From an uncultured Rhodopirellula sp. (GTDB lineage Bacteria > Planctomycetota > Planctomycetia > Pirellulales > Pirellulaceae), in the NCBI GenBank assembly GCA_964007735.1, contig CAXGAI010000024.1, positions 1-63,710 of the forward strand: DNA of 63,710 nucleotides, read 5' to 3'. The notes under the pieces were generated by a model. That model was not told where the DNA came from and ran no database searches. It saw only the letters and a program-made list of their open reading frames with translations. Position 1 is the first letter of the stretch, and each line of letters begins with the position of its first letter. The translations under genes were made by a program, and so were the position numbers. Below, one piece after another: positions 20,184 through 30,872 of the stretch.

Positions 20184-23100
20184 ATGTTGCGATATTCATT
20201 GCTTAGTTTGGCATGGATACTCATTCTTGCCCCTACTCATGCACCGGGTCAGGAAATTGACTATACCCGCCAAATCAAACCGCTCTTAAATCAGCACTGC
20301 GCGGATTGCCATGGCATAGATTTGCAAGAAGGTGGCTTTCGTGTTGATACGGGTGGACTGGTTGTACGAGGTGGTGACCGGGGTGTCTCAGTGGTTGCAG
20401 GCAAACCTGATGAAAGTCTAATACTGAAAGTCTTGCAAGGTGAGGGAGAAATTCCTCAAATGCCTCTCGAATCAGATCCGTTAACGGATACGCAGATCAA
20501 ATTGATCCGAGATTGGATTGCTCAGGGTGCCAAATTATCTGAGGAAGAAGCATCCACCACTATTACCCGCCGCCGAAGCAGTCACTGGGCATTCCAGCCT
20601 ATCGTTCGTCCGGACGTACCAAATCATACCCATGACGAATGGGGAAAGAATGGAATTGATTCTTTCGTCTTACAACGTCTTCGTAAGGAAGGGCTGTCTC
20701 CTTCCAATCAGGCAGGCAAAGAAACTTTGATACGTCGTGTTTACCTCGACCTACTTGGCATCCCTCCGACTCCGGAGCAAATCGAATCGTTCGTGAACAA
20801 CGAGACCCCCGACGCGTACGACCAAATGGTTGAGTTGGTTCTATCATCTCCACGGTACGGTGAACGTTGGGGCCGGCACTGGCTGGATCTCGCACGTTAT
20901 GCTGACTCGAACGGATTTACGATCGACGGTCCGCGTGAGATCTGGAAGTATCGTGACTGGGTTATCAGTGCTTTCAATGCGGATATGCCGTTTGATCAAT
21001 TCACACATGAACAGATGGCCGGGGATTTAATGAAAGAACATACGACGTCTCAATTGATTGCGACCGGCTTTCATCGCAATACGCTTATCAATCAGGAAGG
21101 GGGGACAAGCGACGAACAATTCCGAGTGGAAGCTGTGGTCGACCGGGTTAATACCACCGGTGCTATCTACCTGGGATTAACGGTCGGCTGTGCTCAATGC
21201 CACCAACACAAATATGATCCAATTTCACAACGTGACTTCTATCAACTGTACGCAATCTTCAACAACACCTCCGACAATAATGATGCCAGTGGTTCCGGCC
21301 CTAAAATTAGTGTTCCCTCGGATAAACAACTGGCACAACGCGAGCAATTACAGACGGATCTCAAGGCAGCTGAAGCACCACTTGCTGAACACGACAAAGC
21401 ATTTATGGCAGGCTTCGACGATTGGAAAGCCAAATTACTGGCAGCAGAAGAAGTCGAATGGAAACGTCAGAGTCCAGCCGACTGGACAACGGACAAGGGT
21501 GCTGTCCTCAATAAAATCGAAGAAGACCAGTTACTAGTCGACTTTAGCGTACCGGCCAATGACACTTATATCGTTCACTATGATATCGACGTCGATCAGC
21601 TTACGGCGATTCGACTGGAAGCCAACACGCACGACAGCCTACCTGAATCCGGGCCGGGTCGGGCAGGAAACGGTAATTTTGTCCTTAGTGAATTCCACGC
21701 GTTCATCACACCGGAGGGTGGAGATAAGGTGGAAGTGGAATTAGGAAGGGCCATTGCAGATCATTCTCAGGATGGCTATCCGGTCTACCATTCGATTGAC
21801 GGTAAGGACAACACCGGTTGGGCCATTAATGTAAAGTCCGGTTCACTTAATGTTGATCGCCAGGCCATCTTTATGCCCGCTAAAGCTGTCAAAGTGAACG
21901 GCAAAGCCCGACTAACAATCACGATGTTCCATAACAACACTGCCCCTAATTATCTCGTCGGCTGTTTTAGCCTTTCCATCACCAATGAAGATCCCGCCTT
22001 ACTGGATACCCCCGCCAGTATTGTTGCTCTCTTAAAGGAAAAAGAACGAACGAAAGAAGAAGATATACAGATCGTCGAAGCCTATAAACAGACCGATCTT
22101 ACACGCAAAGACCTGGTATCAAAAGTTGACTCACTTAAGTCTCAGCTATCAGCGTTAGAAAAAGCTATTCCCACGACCATGGTGATAGCAGAGTTGGATG
22201 CGCCGAGAACCACACACATTCAGATTCGTGGCGACTTCCTCCGCAAAGGTGCTGAAGTGAAAACCGATGTTCCTGAAGTTCTCCCTCCTATTTCCACTCA
22301 AAACAACTATGTCACACGATTAGATTTCTCGCACTGGCTCATGAGTAATGAAAATCCACTCACTGCTCGTGTCACCGTCAATCGATTCTGGCAACGATTG
22401 TTTGGATTAGGAATCGTGCGCACCGAAAATGACTTCGGGATACAGGGCGAGTTGCCTGAACATCCTGAACTTTTGGATTGGCTGGCCTCAGAATTCCGGG
22501 ATTCAGATTGGAGCATGAAAGCTTTCCATCGACTGGTACTGACTTCAGCCACCTATCAACAGTCATCCAATATGACCGTTGAATTACTCGAAAAAGACCC
22601 CGATAATCGGCTACTTGCTCGTCAGTCACGTCTCCGTCTGGAAGCTGAGGCAATCCGTGACTGCAGCATTCAGGCTGCTGGTATCCTCTCAACCAAACTC
22701 GGAGGGAAAGGCGTTTACCCCCCCCAACCTGAAGGAATTTACATTCTTACTCAACAAAAGAAGGCCTGGCCGGAAAGTAAAGGGGATGACCGTTTCCGCC
22801 GGGCAATGTACACCTATTTCTGGCGTACTAGTCCATATCCGCTCATGCCAACATTTGATGCTCCGGAAGCAAATACAACCTGTACTCGCCGCTCACGAAG
22901 TAATACACCGCTGCAGGCGCTTACGTTAGCCAATGACAGGGCATTCTTCGAATTTGCTCAGATGCTAGCCGAACAAGTCCTTAAGTCAGAAGATTTAAGT
23001 GAGTCTGAAAAAATCAATCTGGCATTTCAACGAGTTTTAACTCGAATGCCTACTCCGTTCGAACAGGTTCGGTTGCAGCAATTTCTGGACCAACAGAAAA

Positions 23101-23243
23101 TATGGTACGCCGAACATCCGGAAGACGCGAATGTCGCAGCTCCCGGACACCTCCCCACGGACCTGACAGCAAGTGATGCTGCTGCATGGACAGCATTGTC
23201 TCGCGTTTTACTAAACCTCGACGAATTCATTACTCGGGATTAA
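20184..23243 (+). CDS. PSD1/planctomycete cytochrome c protein (DUF1549 + DUF1553)
   Basis: Signal peptide, CADCH, HWAFQP, YGERWGRHWLDLARYADSNG, CAQCHQHKYD, NPLTARVTVNR, TPLQAL, NLDEF. Confidence 0.93.
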   Translation: MLRYSLLSLAWILILAPTHAPGQEIDYTRQIKPLLNQHCADCHGIDLQEGGFRVDTGGLVVRGGDRGVSVVAGKPDESLILKVLQGEGEIPQMPLESDPLTDTQIKLIRDWIAQGAKLSEEEASTTITRRRSSHWAFQPIVRPDVPNHTHDEWGKNGIDSFVLQRLRKEGLSPSNQAGKETLIRRVYLDLLGIPPTPEQIESFVNNETPDAYDQMVELVLSSPRYGERWGRHWLDLARYADSNGFTIDGPREIWKYRDWVISAFNADMPFDQFTHEQMAGDLMKEHTTSQLIATGFHRNTLINQEGGTSDEQFRVEAVVDRVNTTGAIYLGLTVGCAQCHQHKYDPISQRDFYQLYAIFNNTSDNNDASGSGPKISVPSDKQLAQREQLQTDLKAAEAPLAEHDKAFMAGFDDWKAKLLAAEEVEWKRQSPADWTTDKGAVLNKIEEDQLLVDFSVPANDTYIVHYDIDVDQLTAIRLEANTHDSLPESGPGRAGNGNFVLSEFHAFITPEGGDKVEVELGRAIADHSQDGYPVYHSIDGKDNTGWAINVKSGSLNVDRQAIFMPAKAVKVNGKARLTITMFHNNTAPNYLVGCFSLSITNEDPALLDTPASIVALLKEKERTKEEDIQIVEAYKQTDLTRKDLVSKVDSLKSQLSALEKAIPTTMVIAELDAPRTTHIQIRGDFLRKGAEVKTDVPEVLPPISTQNNYVTRLDFSHWLMSNENPLTARVTVNRFWQRLFGLGIVRTENDFGIQGELPEHPELLDWLASEFRDSDWSMKAFHRLVLTSATYQQSSNMTVELLEKDPDNRLLARQSRLRLEAEAIRDCSIQAAGILSTKLGGKGVYPPQPEGIYILTQQKKAWPESKGDDRFRRAMYTYFWRTSPYPLMPTFDAPEANTTCTRRSRSNTPLQALTLANDRAFFEFAQMLAEQVLKSEDLSESEKINLAFQRVLTRMPTPFEQVRLQQFLDQQKIWYAEHPEDANVAAPGHLPTDLTASDAAAWTALSRVLLNLDEFITRD

Positions 23244-23246
23244 GAC

Positions 23247-24695
23247 ATGTCACTTGAACAACTTATCGTTCGCGAACAAACACGACGCCATTTTTTCTCC
23301 AATACCGGGTTAAGCATTGGATCGCTGGGGCTTGCTTCACTCCTGGCGGATGGAGATTTACAGGCTGCTGATCAGGCCGACCGAAAGACAAATCCACTGG
23401 CACCGCAGGATCCACATTTTGATGGTAAAGCCAAACGAGTGATTTACCTTTTCATGGCGGGTGGCCCCAGCCAACTCGAACTCTTCGACTACAAGCCAAA
23501 GCTTCAGGAAATGGATGGGGAGGTTATCCCTGAGTCTTACGTGGAAGGAAAAAACTTCGCCTTCCTAAAAAAAGACGCGCAGTTGTTAGGAACAAAGCGA
23601 AAATTTCAAAAGTGGGGCGACAGCGGGCAGGAAATGTCCGAATTACTTCCCCATTTAGGTGAACTGGCGGACAAAATCGCCATCATACGATCCATGAAGA
23701 CAGAAGTCTTCAATCACGGCCCTGCCAAGCTATTCATGAATACCGGATTCCAACGATTCGGCCGACCCAGTATGGGCGCCTGGGTCACCTATGGAATCGG
23801 TAGTGAATCAAAGGACCTGCCAGGGTTTGTCGTGATGCACTCAGGGCCACGAGGACCCCGTGGCGGAACACCTCTTTGGGGTAGCGGTTTCCTGCCGACT
23901 ACCTATCAAGGTGTGCCTTTTCTCAACGGTGCCGATCCAATCCTCAATCTTGCCACTCCCAAAGGAATTAGTCCGCAAGGGCAGGGCGACTTTGTGAACG
24001 CTCTAAAGGATCTTAACGCCGCCCGACTCGAACAAATTGGTGATCCGGAAATTGCAACTCGAATCGCAACTTACGAAATGGCATATCGGATGCAATCCAG
24101 CGCTCCGGAACTGATGGATTTATCCAAAGAGACGCAGGATACCTTGGATTTGTATGGCATCCAGGATACTGGTAAACCATCATTCGGCCGTAACTGTCTT
24201 CTGGCCCGACGTCTGGTCGAGCGTGGCACGCGATTCGTACAACTTTACCACACGGACTGGGATCATCATGGAAATGCCGGTACCAACCTGAATGAAGCTT
24301 TGGACGCTCGTTGCGATGAAGTGGATCAACCCGCTGCAGCTCTGATCAAGGATCTTGAAGCGCGAGGATTATTAGAAGATACGATTATCGTTTGGGGTGG
24401 AGAGTTTGGTCGTACACCACAAGGTGAGCCTCGTGATATGCTGGGACGGGACCATCACATCGAAGCCTATTCCATGTGGTTATGCGGCGGCGGAATCAAA
24501 GGAGGCGTTACCGTCGGTAAAACGGATGAGCTTGGTTACTATAGCGTTGAACAACAGGTGCACGTGCATGATCTTCAAGCAACCATTCTTCATTTACTGG
24601 GGCTGGATCACGAGAAGCTGACTTACCGTTTCCAGGGACGGGATTTCCGACTGACAGACGTGGGCGGCCATCTGGTCCACCCAATCATCGCTTAA
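23247..24695 (+). CDS. DUF1501 protein (Tat signal)
   Basis: TRRHFF, FMAGGPSQLELFDYKP, RPSMGAW, WDHH, GEFGRTP, GRDHH, GRDFRLTDV. Confidence 0.95.
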   Translation: MSLEQLIVREQTRRHFFSNTGLSIGSLGLASLLADGDLQAADQADRKTNPLAPQDPHFDGKAKRVIYLFMAGGPSQLELFDYKPKLQEMDGEVIPESYVEGKNFAFLKKDAQLLGTKRKFQKWGDSGQEMSELLPHLGELADKIAIIRSMKTEVFNHGPAKLFMNTGFQRFGRPSMGAWVTYGIGSESKDLPGFVVMHSGPRGPRGGTPLWGSGFLPTTYQGVPFLNGADPILNLATPKGISPQGQGDFVNALKDLNAARLEQIGDPEIATRIATYEMAYRMQSSAPELMDLSKETQDTLDLYGIQDTGKPSFGRNCLLARRLVERGTRFVQLYHTDWDHHGNAGTNLNEALDARCDEVDQPAAALIKDLEARGLLEDTIIVWGGEFGRTPQGEPRDMLGRDHHIEAYSMWLCGGGIKGGVTVGKTDELGYYSVEQQVHVHDLQATILHLLGLDHEKLTYRFQGRDFRLTDVGGHLVHPIIA

Positions 24696-24703
24696 CGAAG
24701 AAC

Positions 24704-25438
24704 TTAATCTTCTTTAGTCAGCTCAATGTATTTCTGAGCGTAACGACGTCCTAATTCAAGAATGCTCTTGCGGTCAAAATGAACACCATCGAATACGGTA
24801 AGATCTTTCGCTGAAACCGAGGCGGTATTGGGAATAGACTTGCTTATCATGCGAATCTTTTCGTTGACTGGCTTATCTCCATAAACTTCTCCGGCAATAA
24901 ACAACAAATCCGGCTGCCCGGTTTCGTCACGCAATGCATTGATCACAACCGTTAGTCGATTCAAATAATCCGGATCGGTCGCATCTGCTTCTCCCTGATG
25001 CCAAATCACCGCTGCCAACGTCGGACGACCCACTTCTTTCCAGCGTTGAATCGACGTTAAAAACAATGGCTGATCGGGCTGCCATTGTTTGACGGAAGTA
25101 CCACCTCGCGCGTTTACAATAAGGCCCACTGACTTCTCATTGAAATGAGTTGCCATGGCCGGCCCAAAACCCGCGCTCGGGCCCATTCGCTGCATTGAGA
25201 TATCTTTTCTTAGCGTCGAAAAACGATTGAGCGGATTAGCAGCTTGCTCCCATTTCGAATCAGCATTTAACAACTGAACCCCTGCCAAGGGTTTTTTATC
25301 TTCGTCCAGCATCTTCGCTCTACCCGCCATATTGGATTGGCCAATCATCAAGAACACATAATCCGGCTGATCCGCAGCCAACAACGGTGCTTGCAAGATT
25401 AAAAATGCTAAAACGGTGGGGCTAAAACGCGTTACCAT
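24704..25438 (-). CDS. Exported SASA/CE6-type carbohydrate acetylesterase
   Basis: GQSNMAGR, NARGGT, WHQGE, DGVHF; signal peptide. Confidence 0.88.
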   Translation of the reverse strand: MVTRFSPTVLAFLILQAPLLAADQPDYVFLMIGQSNMAGRAKMLDEDKKPLAGVQLLNADSKWEQAANPLNRFSTLRKDISMQRMGPSAGFGPAMATHFNEKSVGLIVNARGGTSVKQWQPDQPLFLTSIQRWKEVGRPTLAAVIWHQGEADATDPDYLNRLTVVINALRDETGQPDLLFIAGEVYGDKPVNEKIRMISKSIPNTASVSAKDLTVFDGVHFDRKSILELGRRYAQKYIELTKED

Positions 25439-25595
25439 ATGGCTATCTTTACGGGAATATTCAGGGGCGACTGTTTTCTAGTGTAGCAGTTTCTCCTTCG
25501 AGATTATGAAAGCAAATCAGTTTGATATAATTGGGGACAGTGGATTTCACATACGCCATGGTACCCAAATACAAATCAAGGTCTGTTCAGGACTC

Positions 25596-28500
25596 ATGAA
25601 ACACGCAACTCTATTTATCGCTCTTTCTTTATTCATTCCATCCGGCTGGCTCCATGCGCAACAGGACGAATTAGAATTTTCAACCGCTCAGCTGGAATAC
25701 TTTGAAGCGGAAATTCGTCCACTTTTGGTAAAGCACTGTTATGAGTGTCATAGTAGCAAATCCAAGGAAATTAAAGGGGGACTGCGTGTCGATGCCCGCT
25801 CGCTACTTCTTAAAGGAGGTGACACCGGACCGGCTGTTGAACCGGGTAACGCGAAGAGCCTTTTTCTGGATGCTGTAAATTATGGTGATATTTACCAGAT
25901 GCCGCCCAAGTATCGATTGGCCAAAGAAGATGTCTCAAAATTCACTAAGTGGATTAGCGATGGTGCTGCCTGGCCTGAGGAAGCCATTGCCAACGTAAAT
26001 ACTGGTGAAAAATTCGACTTAGTGCAACGCATGAGAGATCACTGGGTTTGGGAAAAACCGGTTGATCATCGAACGCCTAAGGTAAAAGATCAGGACTGGA
26101 CCCGTCGCAGCCTGGACAACTTTATTCTCCAAAAGATTGAAAAGGCAAACCTGTCACCTAATCCCTCTGCCGCAAGATCAGCACTCATACGCAGAGCTTA
26201 TTTTGATTTAGTCGGTTTACCTCCCAGCCCTGCTCAAGTGAATGCGTTTATTGACAATCCTGCAGCAACCCAAACCGCATTTGAAAAAGTTATTGACGAA
26301 TTACTCGAATCGCCGCACTTTGGTGAGCGATGGGCAAGACACTGGATGGACGTCGTCCGCTATGGGGAATCCTATGGGCATGAATTTGATTATGGTGTCC
26401 CGCACGCGCACCAATATCGTGACTACTTAATTCGAGCTTACAATGCCGATGTACCCTACGATCAATTTATAAGAGAACATATCGCTGGTGACTTATTGAC
26501 CGAACCACGATTGAATGAAAAAGGATTCAATGATTCCGTGCGAGGCACCGGATTCTGGTGGCTCGGGGAGGCTGTCCACGCCCCTGTTGATGTCAGACAG
26601 GATGAAGCTGACCGCATCGACAATCAAATCGACGTCATGGGTAAGGCTTTCCTGGGGATGACCATTGGCTGTGCTCGATGCCATGATCACAAATTCGACG
26701 CGATTAGTACAAAGGACTACTATGCCCTGACAGGGTTTATGCAAAGTTCACGGCGAGACATCCGAACCGTTTATCCAGAAACGGTGATGAAGCCATTAAT
26801 CAAAAAAATGGCGGATGCTCAGGCCAAACTTTCATCCGATGTTGCTACCGGCATTTCACCACAGTCCCTGCTCTCCGGACAGGATTTTGCTAAGTATCTA
26901 ATGGCTGCCAGAGAAGTCATCTACGGACAGCCTAAAGAAGGCGAGAATCGGGACAAGGCTGTTCTCTTTGAAGACTTCGAAGACGGCAATTTTGAAGGCT
27001 GGACGACCGAAGGAACGGCATTCGGGAATAAACCCATCACCAAAGAGACTCAGGCAGACTATCAGGGTGACCAAAAAGCCATCGGGAAAGGCTGGGCTAA
27101 TTCACATAACATTCGGGAAGGAGGGGATACAGGCAAAGGGGACTCTCATCAAGGAAAATTAATTAGTCACCCCTTTAAGGTCGACCATCGCTTCATTCAC
27201 TTCATGATCTGTGGCGGAAACCATGCTGGCAAAACATGTATTAATCTTGTCATTGACGGAAAGGTCATCTTTTCTCAGACAGGTTTCGCTACGAATGTAT
27301 TCCGCCCGATCCATTGGGATGTCACCGAGTATCAGGGCAAAATGGCGCAGATCATTGCGATAGATGCTCAACAGGGAGGTTGGGGAAACATTGGATTAGA
27401 TCACATCGAATTTAGTAATTACCCGACTGCCACCCAACAAGGACGGTCCGCTGAGAAGGTAGCTAAAGAACTAAAAGTTGATTCCAGCTTACTTGCTCGC
27501 TGGGTTGTCGCACTCACTGCAGATGAGACTAATCACGTTACACACCCACTGCATGTCTGGCGTAACCTCATGAATCTACCAAACGAGGCAATCAAAGACC
27601 GAGTAGAGGCCGAATCAAGACGCAGCTCTGACGCACTAACACAAGCCGCGGAATTGCTGGCACGTAGTCCTCAACTGGATGGATTGACACAATGGACCAC
27701 CGAGTGGTTCGCTGAGGGTGAAGCATTTCCTATTAAGCCTACACCATCCGGGACACTCGATTTACGAGGTGAAACGCTACAGTTATTCAAAACAGGAACG
27801 ATCAACTCTGGTCAGCTTTCGAATCGCCTGACAGGATCGTTCCGTAGTCCAACCTTTGAATTGAATCACACCGCGCTCCAAATGAAACTACAGGGAAAAG
27901 ATGTTACAGCACGCATGATCCTCGATGGCTTCTTTATGTATCGATACAACGGGTTGCTCTTCAGCGGATTCTCCACCAGTGTAAATAGTGACGTGTCTTC
28001 ACGTTGGCATAGATTACAAGGGGACGTCCATCGCTATAAAGGACACAAAGCCTTTATTGAATTTCTTGATACTGGTAATGGTAGTGTCAGCATCGAAGAT
28101 ATCCGGCAGACCAGCGACGGCAGCCCCCGGGACATCCCCAACACCCTTATCCTTGACATTGCTAACGATCGTGTGGCTGACCATCAGACGTTCGCAGTAA
28201 GCTTTGGGGAACAATGGGAAATCGCACTGCAGGCCTGGCATGAAGCCCAACTTAGTGCCGAACAAGTCGGGTTAATCAACTGGGCATTCCGCCACAAGTT
28301 AGTGGACATCCCGGCACCACTGAAAGAAACTGTTATCGCACAATGGGAACAATATCGGGAATTGGAAAACTCTATCCCCGGAGCCGAACAGATCCTGGTC
28401 ATGGCGGACGGTTCCGGCGAAAATGAAAACGTCTTTATTCGTGGTAATCACAAAGCACTCGGCGAAGAAGCTCCGCGTCAACTACTTTCCGCCATTGTCG

Positions 28501-29411
28501 GTGATTCGCCGGTCGAAGCACATGGCAGTGGTCGACTACAACTTGCAGAAGATCTAGTCGAACCTGGCAATCCGCTGACAAGCCGAGTGATGGTAAATCG
28601 CATGTGGCATCACTTATTTGGAAGAGGCATTGTGGCATCCACCAATAACTTCGGAGTCCTTGGCTCAAGACCCTCACACCCTGATCTACTGGACCATCTT
28701 GCATTGAGATTTGTAAATCAGCACAACTGGTCGGTCAAATCCATGTTGAAAGAAATCATGCTGAGTAGCACCTATCAGATGGATAGCACCCCGAATCCAG
28801 ATTACAACGACATCGATCCTAATAACAATCTGTTTTATCGACAAAACATCCGGCGACTGGAAGGCGAAGCTATTCGAGATAGTATTCTGGCAATTTCAGG
28901 AAGACTGGATCGACAACAGTTTGGTCCTAGTGTCCCCGTATTTGTTACTCCATTTATGACGGGAAGAGGACGACCGGGGTCGGGTCCTCTGGACGGAGCT
29001 GGGCGTCGAAGTATCTATATAGGAATCCGAAGGAACTTTCTGAGCCCGATGATGCTTGCCTTCGATATGCCAATCCCGTTTAACTCTGTTGGAAGACGTA
29101 ACGTATCGAATGTTCCCAGTCAGGCTCTTATTTTGATGAATGACCCCTTTGTGGTCGAACAGTCAAAACTCTGGGGAAAACGCATGGCTGGACTGGCAGA
29201 CAAGAGTATAGAAGATAAGATTCTTCAAATGTACATCGAAGCGTTTGCCCGGGTTCCCACCCGAGAAGAAATCACTGATGCCGTTGAGTTCATGCAAATC
29301 CAGGGGCAGGCGTACAACATTCCGGAAGAAAATCTGGGAACGGATGAACGCCTGTGGGCAGATTTGGCACATGTCCTCATCAACACGAAACCATTTATCT
29401 ACCTCAATTAA
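25596..29411 (+). CDS. PSD1/planctomycete cytochrome c protein (DUF1549 + DUF1553) with internal beta-sandwich domains
   Basis: Signal peptide from the ATG at 25596; CYECH, CARCHDHKFD, FGERWARHWMD, NPLTSRVMVNR, PSQAL. Confidence 0.92.
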   Translation: MKHATLFIALSLFIPSGWLHAQQDELEFSTAQLEYFEAEIRPLLVKHCYECHSSKSKEIKGGLRVDARSLLLKGGDTGPAVEPGNAKSLFLDAVNYGDIYQMPPKYRLAKEDVSKFTKWISDGAAWPEEAIANVNTGEKFDLVQRMRDHWVWEKPVDHRTPKVKDQDWTRRSLDNFILQKIEKANLSPNPSAARSALIRRAYFDLVGLPPSPAQVNAFIDNPAATQTAFEKVIDELLESPHFGERWARHWMDVVRYGESYGHEFDYGVPHAHQYRDYLIRAYNADVPYDQFIREHIAGDLLTEPRLNEKGFNDSVRGTGFWWLGEAVHAPVDVRQDEADRIDNQIDVMGKAFLGMTIGCARCHDHKFDAISTKDYYALTGFMQSSRRDIRTVYPETVMKPLIKKMADAQAKLSSDVATGISPQSLLSGQDFAKYLMAAREVIYGQPKEGENRDKAVLFEDFEDGNFEGWTTEGTAFGNKPITKETQADYQGDQKAIGKGWANSHNIREGGDTGKGDSHQGKLISHPFKVDHRFIHFMICGGNHAGKTCINLVIDGKVIFSQTGFATNVFRPIHWDVTEYQGKMAQIIAIDAQQGGWGNIGLDHIEFSNYPTATQQGRSAEKVAKELKVDSSLLARWVVALTADETNHVTHPLHVWRNLMNLPNEAIKDRVEAESRRSSDALTQAAELLARSPQLDGLTQWTTEWFAEGEAFPIKPTPSGTLDLRGETLQLFKTGTINSGQLSNRLTGSFRSPTFELNHTALQMKLQGKDVTARMILDGFFMYRYNGLLFSGFSTSVNSDVSSRWHRLQGDVHRYKGHKAFIEFLDTGNGSVSIEDIRQTSDGSPRDIPNTLILDIANDRVADHQTFAVSFGEQWEIALQAWHEAQLSAEQVGLINWAFRHKLVDIPAPLKETVIAQWEQYRELENSIPGAEQILVMADGSGENENVFIRGNHKALGEEAPRQLLSAIVGDSPVEAHGSGRLQLAEDLVEPGNPLTSRVMVNRMWHHLFGRGIVASTNNFGVLGSRPSHPDLLDHLALRFVNQHNWSVKSMLKEIMLSSTYQMDSTPNPDYNDIDPNNNLFYRQNIRRLEGEAIRDSILAISGRLDRQQFGPSVPVFVTPFMTGRGRPGSGPLDGAGRRSIYIGIRRNFLSPMMLAFDMPIPFNSVGRRNVSNVPSQALILMNDPFVVEQSKLWGKRMAGLADKSIEDKILQMYIEAFARVPTREEITDAVEFMQIQGQAYNIPEENLGTDERLWADLAHVLINTKPFIYLN

Positions 29412-29428
29412 TAAACTGAAATAGTCTT

Positions 29429-30868
29429 ATGGCTCACTGTAGAAATTTTCAACCTCAACCGGTTTCACGTCGTGATATGTTGCGTCAAAGCGCAATGGGT
29501 TTTGGCTCGCTGGCATTAACACATTTGCTAACAAAGGATGGCATGGCTGTCGAGGAAGGTCGCCGAGACAGCAAAAAACCATTCCTCCCTCGCAAACCTC
29601 ATTTCCCCGCCAAAGCCAAGCATGTTATCTACCTCTATCTTGATGGCGGACCTTCTCAAGTCGACACATGGGATCCGAAACCACGACTCGCTAAAGAAAA
29701 CGGTCAGCCTTTTGGGATGAATATCGAGCCCACTCAATTCAACAATATTGGTAAAACGTTAGCGAGCCCATGGAAGTTCAATAATTACGGTGAAAGTGGG
29801 ATTCCCTGCAGCGACCTATTCAAAAATATCGCTCAACATGTGGATAAGATGGCGTTCGTCCGATCGATGACCTCGAATTTTTCAGAACACACCAATGCCA
29901 ATTACTTTCTACATACCGGTATCGGTGTGCAGGGAAGGCCTAGCATGGGCGCCTGGGTTGGTTACGGACTGGGAAGTGAATGCGAAAACCTGCCAGCCTA
30001 CGTTGTCCTTAATGGTGGTCTGACTCCGCCCGGAGGCCTGGATAATTTTGGTAGTGGCTTCCTACCAGCCAGTTATCAGGGGAGTGTCTTCGGCGCTTCC
30101 AACCAACCTGTTGCCTACGTGAACAGAAAAGAGGCGTCCGATACGCTTCAACGCAATAAGCTGGCACTGTTACAAAAATTGGATCGTCGGGAAGCCGACC
30201 GAGTTCACCAGGATGACCAAATCGAATCCGCTATTGCGAATTATGAACTCGCCTATCGTATGCAGGACTTTGTACCACGCATCACTAACTTTGATGACGA
30301 GACCGAAGAAACACTCGAATTATATGGGATGGACCTAACCACCAAAGGCACTGCGACCTACGCTAGACAGCTCCTTTTAGCTCGACGCCTCGTTCAGGAG
30401 GGTGTCCGGTTTATTGAAGTCACCTGCCCCAACGTCGGCCATGACCGTTGGGACCAACATGTCAATCTTATGAATGGTCACCAACAAAACGCTGACTGCG
30501 TTGATATCCCTATTGCCGGACTCATCACAGATCTTGATCGACTGGGCTTATTAAAAGAAACGCTCATTGTGTGTTCCGGTGAATTCGGTCGCACACCATT
30601 TGCTCAGGGATCCAACGGCCGTGATCACAATCCATTCGGGTTTACAATCTGGATGTGTGGTGGCGGAACTAAAGGTGGAACGATCTTTGGAGCCACGGAT
30701 GAATATGGATACAAAGCGGTGGAAAACAAAGTCATGATTCACGATTTACACGCCACCATGCTGGCTATGTTGGGAATGGATCATGAACAGCTAACCTTCC
30801 GCTTTAGTGGACGCGACATGCGACTCACCGATGTACACGGGGAAATCATTCACGACATCATTGCCTAA
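29429..30868 (+). CDS. DUF1501 protein (Tat signal)
   Basis: SRRDML, DGGPSQVDTWDPKP, RPSMGAW, WDQH, GEFGRTP, GRDHNP, GRDMRLTDVHG. Confidence 0.95.
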   Translation: MAHCRNFQPQPVSRRDMLRQSAMGFGSLALTHLLTKDGMAVEEGRRDSKKPFLPRKPHFPAKAKHVIYLYLDGGPSQVDTWDPKPRLAKENGQPFGMNIEPTQFNNIGKTLASPWKFNNYGESGIPCSDLFKNIAQHVDKMAFVRSMTSNFSEHTNANYFLHTGIGVQGRPSMGAWVGYGLGSECENLPAYVVLNGGLTPPGGLDNFGSGFLPASYQGSVFGASNQPVAYVNRKEASDTLQRNKLALLQKLDRREADRVHQDDQIESAIANYELAYRMQDFVPRITNFDDETEETLELYGMDLTTKGTATYARQLLLARRLVQEGVRFIEVTCPNVGHDRWDQHVNLMNGHQQNADCVDIPIAGLITDLDRLGLLKETLIVCSGEFGRTPFAQGSNGRDHNPFGFTIWMCGGGTKGGTIFGATDEYGYKAVENKVMIHDLHATMLAMLGMDHEQLTFRFSGRDMRLTDVHGEIIHDIIA

Positions 30869-30872
30869 TCAC

